Position numbers and translations under genes: made by a program
Assembly: GCA_964057225.1 (NCBI GenBank)
Contig: OZ059898.1
Span: forward strand, 5,704,001 to 5,768,000
DNA from: Auanema rhodensis
Lineage: Eukaryota > Animalia > Nematoda
Direction: 5' to 3'
Length of the DNA stretch: 64,000 nucleotides
Notes under the pieces: model-generated
What the model saw: only the letters and a program-made list of their open reading frames with translations
The model's database searches: none
Told to the model about the DNA's origin: nothing
Part shown: one piece after another, positions 39,501 through 53,290 of the stretch
Numbering within the stretch: the first letter of the stretch is position 1
Layout: each line of letters starts with the position of its first letter

Positions 39501-42500
39501 CATAGTTGACGAATACTTCATGCCGGCAACATAAAAAGAAAAGAAAAAAAGATGCTGAGTACGGTAGCCACATCGCTACGTAAGAAATGGGGAAGAAAAT
39601 GATCATTGACGACAACGATGGCTATAATTCTAACTTCCAACAAGCTGGCCTAGCCACTGAAAATCCGATGCCAAGTAGAGGTTCTTTTCATAGGCGATTA
39701 CGAGGCCGATTAGCAAATGCGATGCGTCGTTTTCCAATAACTTCACCGTTTTTTCAAAAACGTTGATCGTTTTCTTTTGCTCAGCCTTCGCAGCAATTCT
39801 TTTCTTGTTTCCACTCCAGTAGTGTCTTCGCTCTACTACTTTTGCACTGTTCGCTATATTTTCATTGGAATCTGTATTCTTTCTTATTATGGAATTCTTT
39901 TTCTTCCTTCACTTCCTCTTTTAAATTTTTTTCAAATCGTCATATCGTCATCTTCTTCTATTGCCTATTTCACCCCTTCATGCCATAGGTCTCTCTGTCC
40001 TTTCATAAAGAAAAAAGAACTTTTTTCCTAGTATAGCACCACTACAAAAGAAAAAAACATTTTAGCTCAACTGAAAATTCATTATAATGTCCAACTACCC
40101 GCGCAATTTCGAATTAGAAACAATAACGAAAAGACAAATGAAATGCTTTGAGAGCAGTCGAATGGAATGGCTGGTGTGACAGACAACAAGTAAGGCAGAT
40201 GTCTTCAAAACTAAAGAAACATAAAATATAAAAGTACAAATATATTGTTTATTCTTTTTCATTAAGTAAATATGTTAATAGACTTTCAAATAGAATACAT
40301 TTTAAAAAATTCAATTGGTTCAGACATTGAATAGATCAAAGCTATCCTGCTACATCTAGCGGAGGACAGCTGCTTCTCACATCATTAAGTGAAGAAATCG
40401 TACAACATTATATAAATCTCATCCCATATAATAATTTTTTGGAAAATGTTTTACTAATATTTACATCAAATTATTTGATACGTTTGATAATAAGTACATA
40501 GAATGTATTTGGTTTATTTTCTTCTATCACCACCTTGACAATGTTTCCACGTCATAATTCCTAGATTCAAACTGGTGCTAGTATATAGTCTGTTTTGAGC
40601 CCCTCCTTCGTGTCCCTCTCTATCTTCCTCTTTTTCTCTCTATTTCTCTCCTTTTCTATCTATTGATATCTCTCTATCGGTTTCTCTCTTGTACTCCTAA
40701 TTTGCTTCCCCTTTGCTCCAGTTTGACGACTCTGTTTGCTGATTAAATCTTACCAAAGATAAGTTATGATAATACATGCTACTTAAGATTTTCAATGTTG
40801 AATTTCATAGATACAGCATATTTCTCTTGTTTGCCTTGAATCTGATATACTGTACTGTCCCTGAAGTTTGTCACCAAGCATGTACACATGCTATCGAAAA
40901 AAAGTGTTGTAACCCGGAAAGAAAAATGAAAAGCATAGTCGAAATGGCACAAAGATTTAAAAAAAAAGCAAGACATGAATGAAAAACTAATAATTATTAT
41001 TTTCTCTGTTAATCATCTGAAAGAAACAAATCAAAAATGATGTTAAAAACCATTGACAGACGATAATTTGTCATTTTAAATTAGTTGTTAAAAGATCAAA
41101 AAGATTTTTTTGTCCAATGCTCTTTATTTCTCTTCATTGCTCAATATAATATTATCATCTTATCTATTTTTTCCATATTTTGGACATGATCGGGAACAAA
41201 ATACCGGAAAGAGAATAGAAGTAAGCCATTTATAGTTTTCGGCTTATTCATCAAAATTTCAAAAATATCAAAATTCAAAAAATTTTCTTATTATATTTCT
41301 AAAAAAAGTTATGAATATAATAAGAGTATTCTAATCTAAATTTGAAATAGGGATACTACGATAATTTACTCATGACTTCTCTTCAAATGGGCTACTAGCT
41401 TCTATCCATGAGATACTCACTTATCTCAAACTATTTCCAGGATAAAAAAAATTATGAAGAAAAATTTGTAAAAAATATTTCATGTCTTCTATCAAATCTA
41501 CATATATGATCTTCGTTGAGAGAAAAACTAGACGGTACGTATTCATCGCTCATCCTGACATTCATGCCATGATGTATGGGACAGTCGTTATGGTCCCACA
41601 TCTCTCGTTCTTTCTCACTTCCTCTCTCTTTTTCTCTTTTTTTCTCTTTATTTTATCTTCTCTCTTCTTTTCTTCACTTTTCATCAAATCTTTCAACTAT
41701 TGTTTCTATATGGGTTGTCAAAGCATGCACTATCTGCCGATGGTTCACCTTCATTCTCAAAGTGGAATTGGGGTTTTTCACCATCAATTAATACCACTTA
41801 AATCAGTTCTGTTTTTATTTTGTGAAACATTCATTTGGTACATTTTAAAAAAATTGCATTAAATTGGAGCTCATATTAGCATTTTTCCGAATTCTCATGA
41901 GTAAGCACATAGACGAAGGCTTAGATGAGGAACATTAGGCCGGTACTGATGTAGTCGAGTCACATACGCATTCAATCCATGTATTGGGTCGAGTGTCAAC
42001 ATCGTCGTATACATGATTTTGAATGTCGATAACCTTGATCATAGTCTTTGGCAAAAATCATGACAACGACGAAATCGACGACAACTTCAAGCCTGCAACT
42101 TAGACATTGTTGATCCAACTCGACGTGCATCTCCGAGAATCTCTACTGCAAAGATAGGTCTGATATGTTCAATTTTCATTAAAAGGACTGGAAAAACTGA
42201 TGCAAACGGAACATCTTTGACTTGTTTCGCTCAATTTTTATGTTTAAAATACATGAACTATGTCTTGTCATCGATAATGGCGTCTATCAATTTTAGATAG
42301 ATATCAATAAGTGATATGACAATTGAAAGCCTCCAAAAGGTATACATATTCATATCAGATAAATATATCCATTATAATTTAATTTAATGTTATAACTATA
42401 TATATATATATATATATTAATATATTAATTAATATATATATGTATATATATATTTACATATATCGATAGGTTATGACTGAGAGAGGTGGGATTTAAATTG

Positions 42501-45336
42501 AATAAATATTTGATGGAATGCTTGAAATCAGTAACTTATGCTATCTGGATATCGATGAGCCTGCTGACCTTTATCATTTGATGACCAAAGAACACAAAAT
42601 GCAGAAAAAATGAGAAATACGAAGATGATGACGATTAAAAAGAAAAAGAAATGTTAGTTCATGGAAAAAGGAAGAAAATAGTTGTAGTTTTAGAAAGTTT
42701 GTCTTTGTAATAATCCCATTTCTCAACAATAGCGATAAATGCCGTGTTCGTATTAATCGTTATGAACTTGTATTGAATATGACGAGTAATAGATAATGTT
42801 GCCAGAAAAAAATGGAAAAAGAGGTAAAGATGTGAAAATCGTCGATGAGCATTTCTTCATCGTTCGTTTAATCTTATCACTCAAAATTAACCAGGTCTGG
42901 TAGAGATAGAGGCAGGAGAACTGCTCCAGAGCAAAGGCGAAAGAAATAAAGAAGAAGAATCAAAAAGGAAATAAATGTGTCTAGAAAGAGGTAAAATGAA
43001 AGAGAATATGTGTAAAAGAGAGAAGAAAAGAAAATTCAATGGTCCAGTTGGAGGTATGATCTATAAGAGAGCGAGGAAAACTACATCTTTATATTTTAAC
43101 TATTCTGTAAGATTAATTAAAAGATTAATTGAAATAATAATATAATAAATTGGTAGCAAATTGTTTACTTTGTATTTCATTGAGTGATTATTACAAACAA
43201 CCTTTTTTGCTGATGTCAAACGTTTTTCTTTGACTAATCTGATTGGTCATCTGCTTTCTGATGTACCTATCCCAGACTATGATACTGCTTTTTAGGTTTT
43301 TGATGTTCAATGATTATTGTGATAATGTTTCATCACTTACTAATCTTTTAACTTGTATATATATATAGTTAGTTAGTTAGTAAGATAGGTAGATGTATGT
43401 TTACCTGATTCACTGTCTAGCTCTAATTTTGTCGTTGATATATATAGATATATTTCTTCTTTAAATTACAATTCTTTAATGTGAATTTACAACATCCAGT
43501 TTTAAATGATTAATGCCTTTCTTATAAATGTGATGAGCTTTACTTAAAACCTCTGAAATGTTTTTTAAAATGAAAAGTAATGTCATAAGCCAAAATAGGG
43601 GTACTATAAGTGATAAGAGAATCTATAGAAATAGTGGGTGAGAATAGTAGAGAATGAACGAGAGAGCTTATGTGTCTTTGAATCTCCGATATACTACTCC
43701 CTTTTGGTCCATATCATACGTCGTTCTCTCTCTTTTTCTCTTTATGTCCCCCCTCTCTTTATTTTCTTATTTCTCTACCTATCTATGCTCAATCTACAAT
43801 GTTATTTTTTTAACAATATATTATTCATAATCTTCATATAGCCTCTGACATTGAGCATTTTAACTAAGTGTGATGTATGATTATCTAAGCTTAACTTCTA
43901 AGTTGTCTTAACACTCATTATGATAAATGTGAAAAAAAATTTTTTTAATCTGTTACCGTAGTTTAAGCTACTACTACAATCTCATTTTACATATTTAACT
44001 GATCAGAAAAATTCATATCTTTCATCGTTCACGGATTTTTGCATTCAGTTCGCCAACGTTATCGGGCTACATAGCTTTTCCCCGTTTTTCTCTCACAATC
44101 ATTTTTCGATTTTTTGAATTTTTGAATTCATTACTACAATAAATGAATTTTTTTTACAGGATTCTGAAAATGGCTGCCTAATAAGTGTTCGTCTATTTTT
44201 AAAGCTTTACTATTATTAAATAGTATAAATCAGTGTTTCACGAGTTGAAAATACTTATAACTTAGGCGGATATTGTGACATTCATTTCAAAAATATTCTA
44301 CAGTAGTACTCAACAGTTATTCTGAACACGGAATTAATCTACGGATCATTTAGAATACGGTAAGACTTTTGTGATTTTTTCGAATCCTGATTTTCAACGT
44401 TGAGTCATACGTTGATGGAGCATCCAAAGCCTCCGTCGATTGATCATGACGATGCCTTAGATGGTGTCTGTATATTCGCCCTGGTTACCCAAGTACCAAC
44501 CCCTTTCCATTTCCCTGTCGCCTATAAATGCGAATCATCTCTCATTCCAGTGTCTTGACGAATCATCTATCCAGATCCGTTCTTTTCTTTTTTTTTCTGC
44601 TTGTTAGATTTATCCAATATAACTACTCATTTTATAATCAACTATCCAAACAATATTATTTTTAAATTTTCAATTATATAATCTAAATTATATATTTATG
44701 TCTAACATTACTAAACAAAAGTGATATATCTGAATCCTCAAGATTATGACTTGTTTCAGATTTCTTGCTAACACAATTACTTATAACTCCACATCATCCT
44801 ATATCTACGACATATATACATATACCTTTTAACAACATCAGTTTCATACTCAGAGGTTAGTTTAATTAGCTTCAGCTAGATTCTCATCTTTCATTAATCC
44901 CTTGTATTACAAAAAAACTTCATGTTTTTACAGGGAATCATTCGAAATCGCTCTCTCGAATTTTTCGAGGTTCATCTGATTCTCTCCTTATTTCCCCTTC
45001 ACTATTATTAGCTATATCTTATAAAGTTATATTAATCACTTTGTGATTTTTGTCAGTCAACTTATTCATCCTTTTTCAATTAAATAAGCCATACTTTAAG
45101 TGTTTTGTTAATTTTTATTTTATTTTTTTTATCCTTCAATTCCTCAATCTTGCTCCTGTTTTTCTTCTTTCTCTCTCTCCAAATTACATTTTATCGTTTA
45201 CTATTCCATTTAGACCAACCGTCTCTATCCTCTTCGATTCTCCTCCCCTTCTCCCACCAACTCCCCCTCCCCACCTTCTCCCTTCGTAAGTCGACTCCGC
45301 CCCTGGTGTCTTTCGCACTTCGGGTAGTGGCGCGGG

Positions 45337-48300
45337 ATGCGGCTGTTGCCTCTTTTGCCAATCGTCATTCTTGCCGCCCCCCTACCTAAGTCGACAGAAT
45401 TCGACAGAACTGTGGTAAGTTACAATTTTTCTATGATTTTTTTTAAAATTTAAGCTAATTTTATGAATTTTATGTAATTTTTTTTACTATTATATTCATT
45501 TATTTCATGATTGAGTGTGCGTTCAAGTCAGATGGCATACACATTCTTATTCTTTATCTGTCTTCGAAGCATTTCTTCTTTCTTGTGCAGGAAGTAATTT
45601 TGGTACATTAAGTGTAGAAGTCACATTTTTGTACTTGAAACAATTTCATTTTTAGTTTGATTTCAAGGCACTCTATACATTTCTCATTTTGTCTCTCTGT
45701 TTTTAGTCTTTCTTTTTCACAACCTTCTTCGTTTTTGTTCTCTATTATCGTCTCATTTTATCATCAACTTTACCGTTTTTTTCTCTATTTTTCTATTCAA
45801 TTTTATATTCTTAGCTAATATTCTCTAGCTGTTAGTATCTATATTAAAGAAAATCCGACGTATTTGATCTACGTTAATTCGGAAATTATGTAGGTTTTCA
45901 ACTTTAACTCTACTCTTTGTTCTTCATATTGAACGGTAGACTAAAAGAAAAAACAACAGCAGAATATCATAAGGATATATCCAAATAGATTAATATGAAA
46001 AGGGAAATACCTTCCGATGACGATCCGAATGATGTAGATCTGAAAAAAAATGTGTGGCTTACCTTACCATTTTTTTCGCCATCTCCAGGTCGTTCATCAT
46101 CATCTAAACTATCTAGCGATAAGAGCCATCTTTTCTATTACCCTTGATGTGTGGTAGTTATGAAAAATGACAGAAAAAAAAGATAAAGACATAGTATGAC
46201 CATAAAAAGAATGTCTCTTATTCTAATAAATCTTTTGAAAGACAATGTTTAACACACTTTTTAACAATTATCACCTTCTATCTCCAATATATAATGTATA
46301 TTGTTATAGATATCTGATATATACATATATACATATAATATTGTAGTTTGCAGATTTAGCCATAAGCAATTCAAGCCTACATGACTGTTATTAATGTTTT
46401 GTTGTCGATAGACATCATGCTGATGATGCCATGTCTGTTGCATATTCAGCATGGGTATTGATATGATTGGGATGGCTGGTATATGGTACTCATTCCTCTG
46501 TTCTCATGTAATATCTCATTCTGCTTCACACATTAAGATCATCATTGTCGTCCGTTTGAACTTTCTTCAACTTCTGCTGGACATGGCGGTCTATAATCTG
46601 AACCAATTGCCTTGACCTTAGAAAAAGTTTAATTCACGTGATCTTTTTGTCTTCCTTTATCTACCGTAACTCCAAAATTGCGATATTCCATCCCCCCTCC
46701 TGCTAATTTTCATAACAATCATCTCATTATCTATTCATCTTGTAATACCTTTCACACTCAGTTTTATCAGAAAACTGATAAGACATAAAAACATTTATCA
46801 AAGATATCACATTAGAGGAACCATTTTTGCGTTCTTAATCTTTATGTTTCGGTTACTCTAAGACTTATTCTTCCTGATGAAATAGGATGAATACACCATT
46901 TAGTATCACCTCTTATTATCAATTAGCTTTCAAGCCGATTTTTTGAAACCGAAATAACTATGAAAAATTGTTTTCCGTGTTAAAACTAGATAATTTAAAA
47001 AGTTTTACTTCCCTTATATGTTAGCCTATATATTTCATATGGATGAGGCTTCCTTCACTTCTTTGTTATATGTTGAAAGTTAATAAACTAATTCATAATT
47101 GAAAGAATTAGTTTACATTTCAAAAAATACTGATTAATACGATAAATATCTCATCAGCAATTCTATGTTAGATACAAGGGTTATTTTAGAAAAAATTAAA
47201 GGATACCAAATGAAATGCAACCTGTAAGGTGAATGTCTGGCGGCTTTATCAGGTCACTTTCCTATTAAATCTTCTGATTAAAACTGAAGGCAAGATCTGA
47301 ATGTCACTTAGATTGAAACTCAGCTCAAAAGGCATGACCTTCACATCGTCTCTATCTTCTTTTTCTTTATTTCTTTTTACCCTCTTCATTCTTTCTCATC
47401 TTTGTCTATCATTTTCATTTTTGTGTAGTTCAATCATCCGGATGTTTTTTTGTCTGTATATGACATAATGAACTCAATTTCTGGAAAAAAATCTCCGATT
47501 ACAAAAAAAAGTCCTTATCATAAAATATATGAAAATGTAATTATAAAATATCATATTTTGTGTATGACTAATTAAAGATCAGATTCAATCAAAACTTAAA
47601 TGTATGTTGGTTCCGATGACGTAGGAACCAGGTTCAAAGCCGTCTCGTCAACTGTTAATCAATATATTCACATCTGCTTAAACATTTATTTCAAGACAAA
47701 ATTAGTTTCGAAGCGGGGAAATCAATTTTTCTCTTGGTTCAAGATGTAAAATAAACGAACCTGCCAGGGCTACCCTGGGTTCGTGCCGTCACGACTGAAT
47801 GCTTTCTGATCCGTACTCAAAATGGCCGATGTCCTTGCGCATCCTCTACATAGTGTCCCACTAATTTTTCGATTCCTGTTCACTTTTTTTCTGTCTGATC
47901 TGTGTCGATGATACCTTTTAACGAACTAGCATCTTGTCAAACATCATATCGACAATGGGAATCGTCTAGTAATGCGATATGTGGACAAAGTAGTCTGGGG
48001 ATGACAATGCTGCAGGTGCTATTGCTCACATAATCTGTCTAAAAACAATAAATAGATAAGAGAAGCATTTAAAAACTAAGCTGCAAACTGTACATTTAGA
48101 TAAGCGGATTCAGATATATTAAGAAATTTAGATTATATCCGATAATCTTAATATTTCTCTCCTTCTTTCCCCCATGCTTTTGCTTGAGCTGGTATGAGTT
48201 GAATAGCGGCTAAAAATCATTTTGGCATTTCATGTCTGAACTATGAGTCAATTAAACTTGTCTTTCATTAGATAATCAACCTAATTTTCATAATAACACC

Positions 48301-51300
48301 TGCCTATTGTGTCTGGTGTTATCCGTTGGCTGATAATTAAGTTTAAAAAACGATGAGAAACTCAGAAGCGGGTCATGTGTTGCGTCGTGTATCGAGACGA
48401 CAAAAAAACTTATTATTATGTAACTGAAAAAATAATCGGAGTCTCAGAGAAAACGAGGTCGGTTTGGCGCTCCGATTCTCAAGCTCTATCTTGTTTAAAA
48501 ACTGTTTGATTAGATTAATACAGAAAAAAGCTAATTCATGGCCCTGATTTGAAGCGCTAATTGTCTGATCAAGTTCTGAGTTTTTGAAAAATATATTTTT
48601 TTCAATCACCAAATTCTTTATCATAAATTTTTTCAAAAATAAATTGTAGCCAATGTGAGGTCTGGTAACATCTATCATGCGAGTTATTACGTCATAATGA
48701 GATGATGTCAATATAATTACGAGAGTTGTGATGGGCTATGGGGAGGGGGCTGATAGACAGTTTAATATCGAAGGCCTCTTTTGGCTCTTCGTCGAACTGG
48801 TCTTTTCATCCCACACAGCTGATGTCGTAAACAAATGATATCAACTCTTCACGAAATGTTCGAAAATCTTTCACCTAGGTTACTAGCTCCTTAACTGGAT
48901 CCGCCAATGATGAAGTGAAGATCTTATTCTACTATTTCTCTAATATTCTTATCATTTTTCTTGTCATTTATTTCTTAAGAATATTCTGCATTTGTCATTT
49001 ATCATTGTTATCTGATCACCTGTCCCCATTTCGCTTATGTTCCCTTCGGAAACTGATAGCGAGCCGAACCTAGAAGTTCGAGTTTCTGTTACGCATAGTT
49101 AGCTAGCTTCTATCACATTACGCAAGATGAAATTAGATTAATTCTAAGACAAATACATTAATAATAAGAAATATATAAAACCTTATTTTTAAAAATTATT
49201 AAGCTATAACAGATGATAACAAAATTATTTCAGCAATATCTTTATCAATACGGGTATTTGGGTACTGCGCAACCAAGTCTTCATGAGTTTCGATCAGCTT
49301 TGGTAGTATTTCAAGTATGTTTCGTGTTTCGAATAAAAATAATAAATTTATCTAAAATAAAAACAATGAAATATAAAAGTTCACATGTCAAATATTTTCA
49401 TTCTCTGATGTCTAGATGGATGATTTTCTTCATGTAATCGCATGAAGCAGTTTTTGAAAACACAGACAGTAAGCTGTATAACATGATGTAATCACCTTGA
49501 CAACAGAAACAAAAAACTTGTTCAACTACAGTGCTAAATTTTATTTTACTCCAAATGTTTAAGGAAGTGGCGGGTGTGCCAATAACGGGAGAGCTAGATG
49601 AAGATACTCTACATTCGACTAGGCGATCACGATGTGGATTGGGTGATACTCAAAGAGCAAAAAATAGGCGAAAACGTTTCGGTTTGTAATTTTTCACACT
49701 AAACGGATATAAAATAATGATAAACATTATTATTGTTCTTTTCAGCGTTTCCTCAACAATCCAAATGGCCTAAACGTCATTTTACTGGAGAACATGAAAT
49801 TCACTTAAAATGGTATATATCTAATTATACTACAGATTTGAAAGAGAAAGTTATAAGGTTGATCAATCATAAAAAAACTATTATTTACATTAGTATTATA
49901 GATCAACGGTTCATAAAGCATTCCAACTTTGGGCAACTCAATCTAATATCAAATCTTTACCTAAAGTTACACTTCATTTTGAAGAAGTTGATAGCACAGC
50001 AGATGCTGATATTAATATTCTTTGGGGAGAAGGTGAACATGGGGATACATATAAGGTTTGTAATATTCTAATATGATCATTTAATGTTTTAACTTTTAGT
50101 TTGATGGTTCAAAGCCAACAAGCAACAATATTCTGGCACATACATTCTTTCCTGGTCATGCGCATCCTTGGAATGGGGATATACACTTCGATGATGCTGA
50201 AGATTGGGAAGTTGACCTGGAAAAAGTGAAGTCAAAGTGAGTTCAATAAATTTCAATCTTTAGTTCTTGATTTGTACATTACTCAATATCAAGTTCAGAA
50301 CAAGAAATAGACAGATACCATCAATTTTGTTTCAGCAGTGAACGCCGTTTCTTCCCATATGTGTTAGCTCATGAGATTGGTCATGCGCTGGGTCTGCAAC
50401 ATTCTCGAAAGCCGGAAGCTCTCATGAATCCTTACTATTCTGATACACCATTGGAAGAACTTCAGCTGGATATTGATGATAAATGCGGAATTAACTGGAA
50501 TTACGGTAAGTGGAACAAGATGTATAGAAGATGAATGTATTAGGTTAAGCAAATCCGCCTTGTTGACATTTGGATAAAATAGTTTAATTGCTTTACTAAG
50601 ATCCTTTAAATCATTTCTAACCTAAATAGTAATAGCAAAAAGTTATAAATAAAACTATATTCTGTATTTTGAACTAAAGGGTTATATTTTAGCTGGATCA
50701 TCGGATTTCTGTCTGTTTGTATGGCTTATGTCAGATATCGTTCACGTTAGAAAGAATAATTCGGATTATCATCATGTATATTCTTCGGATCATATCTTAC
50801 CATCGAATGAACGTATTCGAAAAAAACTAAGCGGTGAGATCATGAATAAATAACTCATCGGGGAATTTAGTATATTCAGATGCCAGTATACCTCGTTGTA
50901 CAAGAACCAATGAGTTTGAACAGTTTGCTGAAAGACGTCTTCATAGATTTTTACAGTTTTCTACTGATGAGGCTAAAATATTTAGTAAGAATATTAATGT
51001 TATTTTACTTTTTACCCAGTTCTTCTTTTAGGTCGTGTTGTTTGCAACTTTTTAGCTGGACTTCATGTGTATAGAGCAGAGAGGGCTAAAAAGGCTGAAA
51101 ATGATCCAGATTTCAAACTTGAAGAATCAATTGAACGTGAATTTCACAGTGTTTCCAAAACAGTCTCCGAGTTTTCTCAATCTTCAGTCAATTCCATTAG
51201 AAGGATGGTTAGACAAGCTGAAGAAGATCATGCTCATCATAAACCAAGTATTTTCGGTATAGAATGAAATTTCAAAGCAATTTATTAGTTTCTATGTTCT

Positions 51301-51375
51301 TTAGATCCAAGCTATTTCAATACGGAATTTTTCGACGGATTTTTCAATCAGTATCTTCAACTAAACGGGCAATGA
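45337..51375 (+). CDS. zmp-2: Matrix metalloproteinase (peptidase M10), furin-activatable, no recognisable hemopexin domain
   Basis: Exon 1 (45337-45414) MRLLPLLPIVILAAPLPKSTEFDRTV|GTAAGT joins in phase 0 to 49234-49314 (QYLYQYGYL). 49564-49681 carries TGELD, the cysteine switch SRCGLGD and RRKR. Then 49746-49857, 49902-50055 (HGD), 50100-50236 (FDG..LAHTFFP..GDIHFDDAEDW), 50336-50505 (HEIGHALGLQHS, Met-turn ALMNPYY), 50693-50833, 50880-50984, 51032-51256, 51305-51375 (stop TGA). The symbol rests on family motifs plus recalled adjacency of zmp-2 (H19M22.3) to let-805 (H19M22.2) in C. elegans. Confidence 0.88.
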
Positions 51376-53290
51376 TTGTGGTTCCATAATTTATTTTACC
51401 ACAAGTACCTTTAATCTCGTCAACAGTCCAGTCTTCTTGTTCTAGTTCTCCCTATATTTATAATTTAACAGTTTCTTATTTTTTATACAGAATTAATAAT
51501 TCATTATCTCGGGTCGTAGTTCTATTATCCCTTTACCGCGGGTGATCCGCTTTCCAGGTTGCACGAATTCCGAGTCAATGCTCCATCATTCTCAGTAAGC
51601 TATCCAGCTCTAAAATTCAAATATGCCCATTTTTCTCATTCATGTCGAGCTTCAGTTTCTTGCATTCTATTACCTTTTTTATATTCTTTCCAATAGTCTG
51701 GAATTTTAAAAAAATTGTGCAACGACATGTGAAGTGCAACGGATAGCATAGCGGACGATTTATCTATTTTCTTTCTGACATCAGTATATTTCTCATAATT
51801 TATAGGAAATATTGAAGATATGTATTTATGTATTACTGGTCGTTTTGGTTCAGTTCAATCCTTCATTCTCACCTTTCTTTTTTCTTTCTTTATCTCATTC
51901 TTTTTTTTCGAACAGTGCCCCTCTCCCGTTCTCCCATCCTTTTCCCTCTTTCGAAATTTTTGGCACCTTTCATCATCTTCTATTTAATTTAAATTTTTAT
52001 CTTATTTTTCCCTTTTCCGCAAATCTTAAACTTCAATCCGTAAAAGAACTGTTGAAGTAGATTAGACTCCACAGAACGAAATAAGAATGATCCTACACGT
52101 TATCTTTCACTGGTTAATATATGGCAATCATGATCCAGGGCTGGTTATAAGAGTTTTTGAAGAGCAATTTACTTGTTCCTCTGTATTGAGCTTTAAGCTT
52201 TAATTGAGATGCACCTGTACATAGAATGTTTCCCATTTTAGTATTTATTTCAAGAAAATGGTTTTTTTTCTTTTTTTTCTTCTTACCATCGTACGAAGTC
52301 CAAAGACTTCATATACCCAAACCTGTAGTAAACAATTCGTTCTCATGTCTGATCTAAGCTGGGCATTCTGAAAACAGAATTCAGTTGCTGGAAAGTGAAG
52401 TTGAAGAAAGAGCTCAAGAAACGCAAGTAATAATGTGCAACTTGTACCTCTAAGCTTCAACTATATTCTAATCATGTTATCCATATTTAACCAATAAGTA
52501 GCTGCTGGTTACAGCTTCATACTATCTTTTCTAGCTGTAGTTATAAAAAAATTTGTTTATTAGAACTTTTTAAAATTGTATTTCGTTTATCCGCCAGATC
52601 TGTTCTATAAACTATAAATATAATGTTATATTTATTATTGCAACTATTAATAGCCGGTAATAGTAATAATAATGTTAAAAACAATTAATCAGCTATACTA
52701 GATGTTAGATTTCTTCACCATTCTTTTATTTCTTCGTCTTTTCATTGTCTTCTTCCTCGAACACTCATATTTTCATAATCTCTGTTTCTTTATCTCTCTC
52801 CTGTTACTCTTATATAATTTCTAGACCCTGTTATATCCGCCCCCCCCCCCTTTTTAATATATCGTATTATCACATTCCTTCTACGTCAGTCCCTCCTAAC
52901 TTCTTCGTACTTATTAATAATTTCACAAGCTTCTTAAAAACAGATAGATTTGTTATATTATTGTGCTCGTGGTCCAACTCTTTCTGTACTCGCATCAAAA
53001 TTCATATTTGTCGCCTGCTGGTCTGTATACGGTTCACGATCTCTGTTTTAACATTTATACATTTTCCATGATTTCTCTTAATATTATTCTTGATTTTTGT
53101 ACTAAATCATTGTCCAATTATGTGCAAAAGTTTAGGCCTCGAACAGCTGTTAGTCTATTTAACAAAATATTTATTTAATTAAATATACGATTATATGTTT
53201 TTTATACTATAAAAACAACTTATATAATATGCATGAAATGTAATACAAAATTTAATACATTGACGGAGGAACAATAGATTCATCTGAATA

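Noticed and set aside
39587-39766. 59-codon ATG ORF MGKKMIIDDNDGYNSNFQQAG..
   Set aside because: No trans-splice acceptor, splice partner or recognisable motif; length within chance expectation for a GC-richer island.
47605-47650. Hairpin plus GGTTCAAAGCC B-box-like motif
   Set aside because: No cloverleaf or properly spaced A box; not a tRNA or SINE I can support.
48907-49100. Possible proximal first exon for the MMP
   Set aside because: No ATG-initiated signal peptide with a good phase-0 donor; exon 45337-45414 fits much better.
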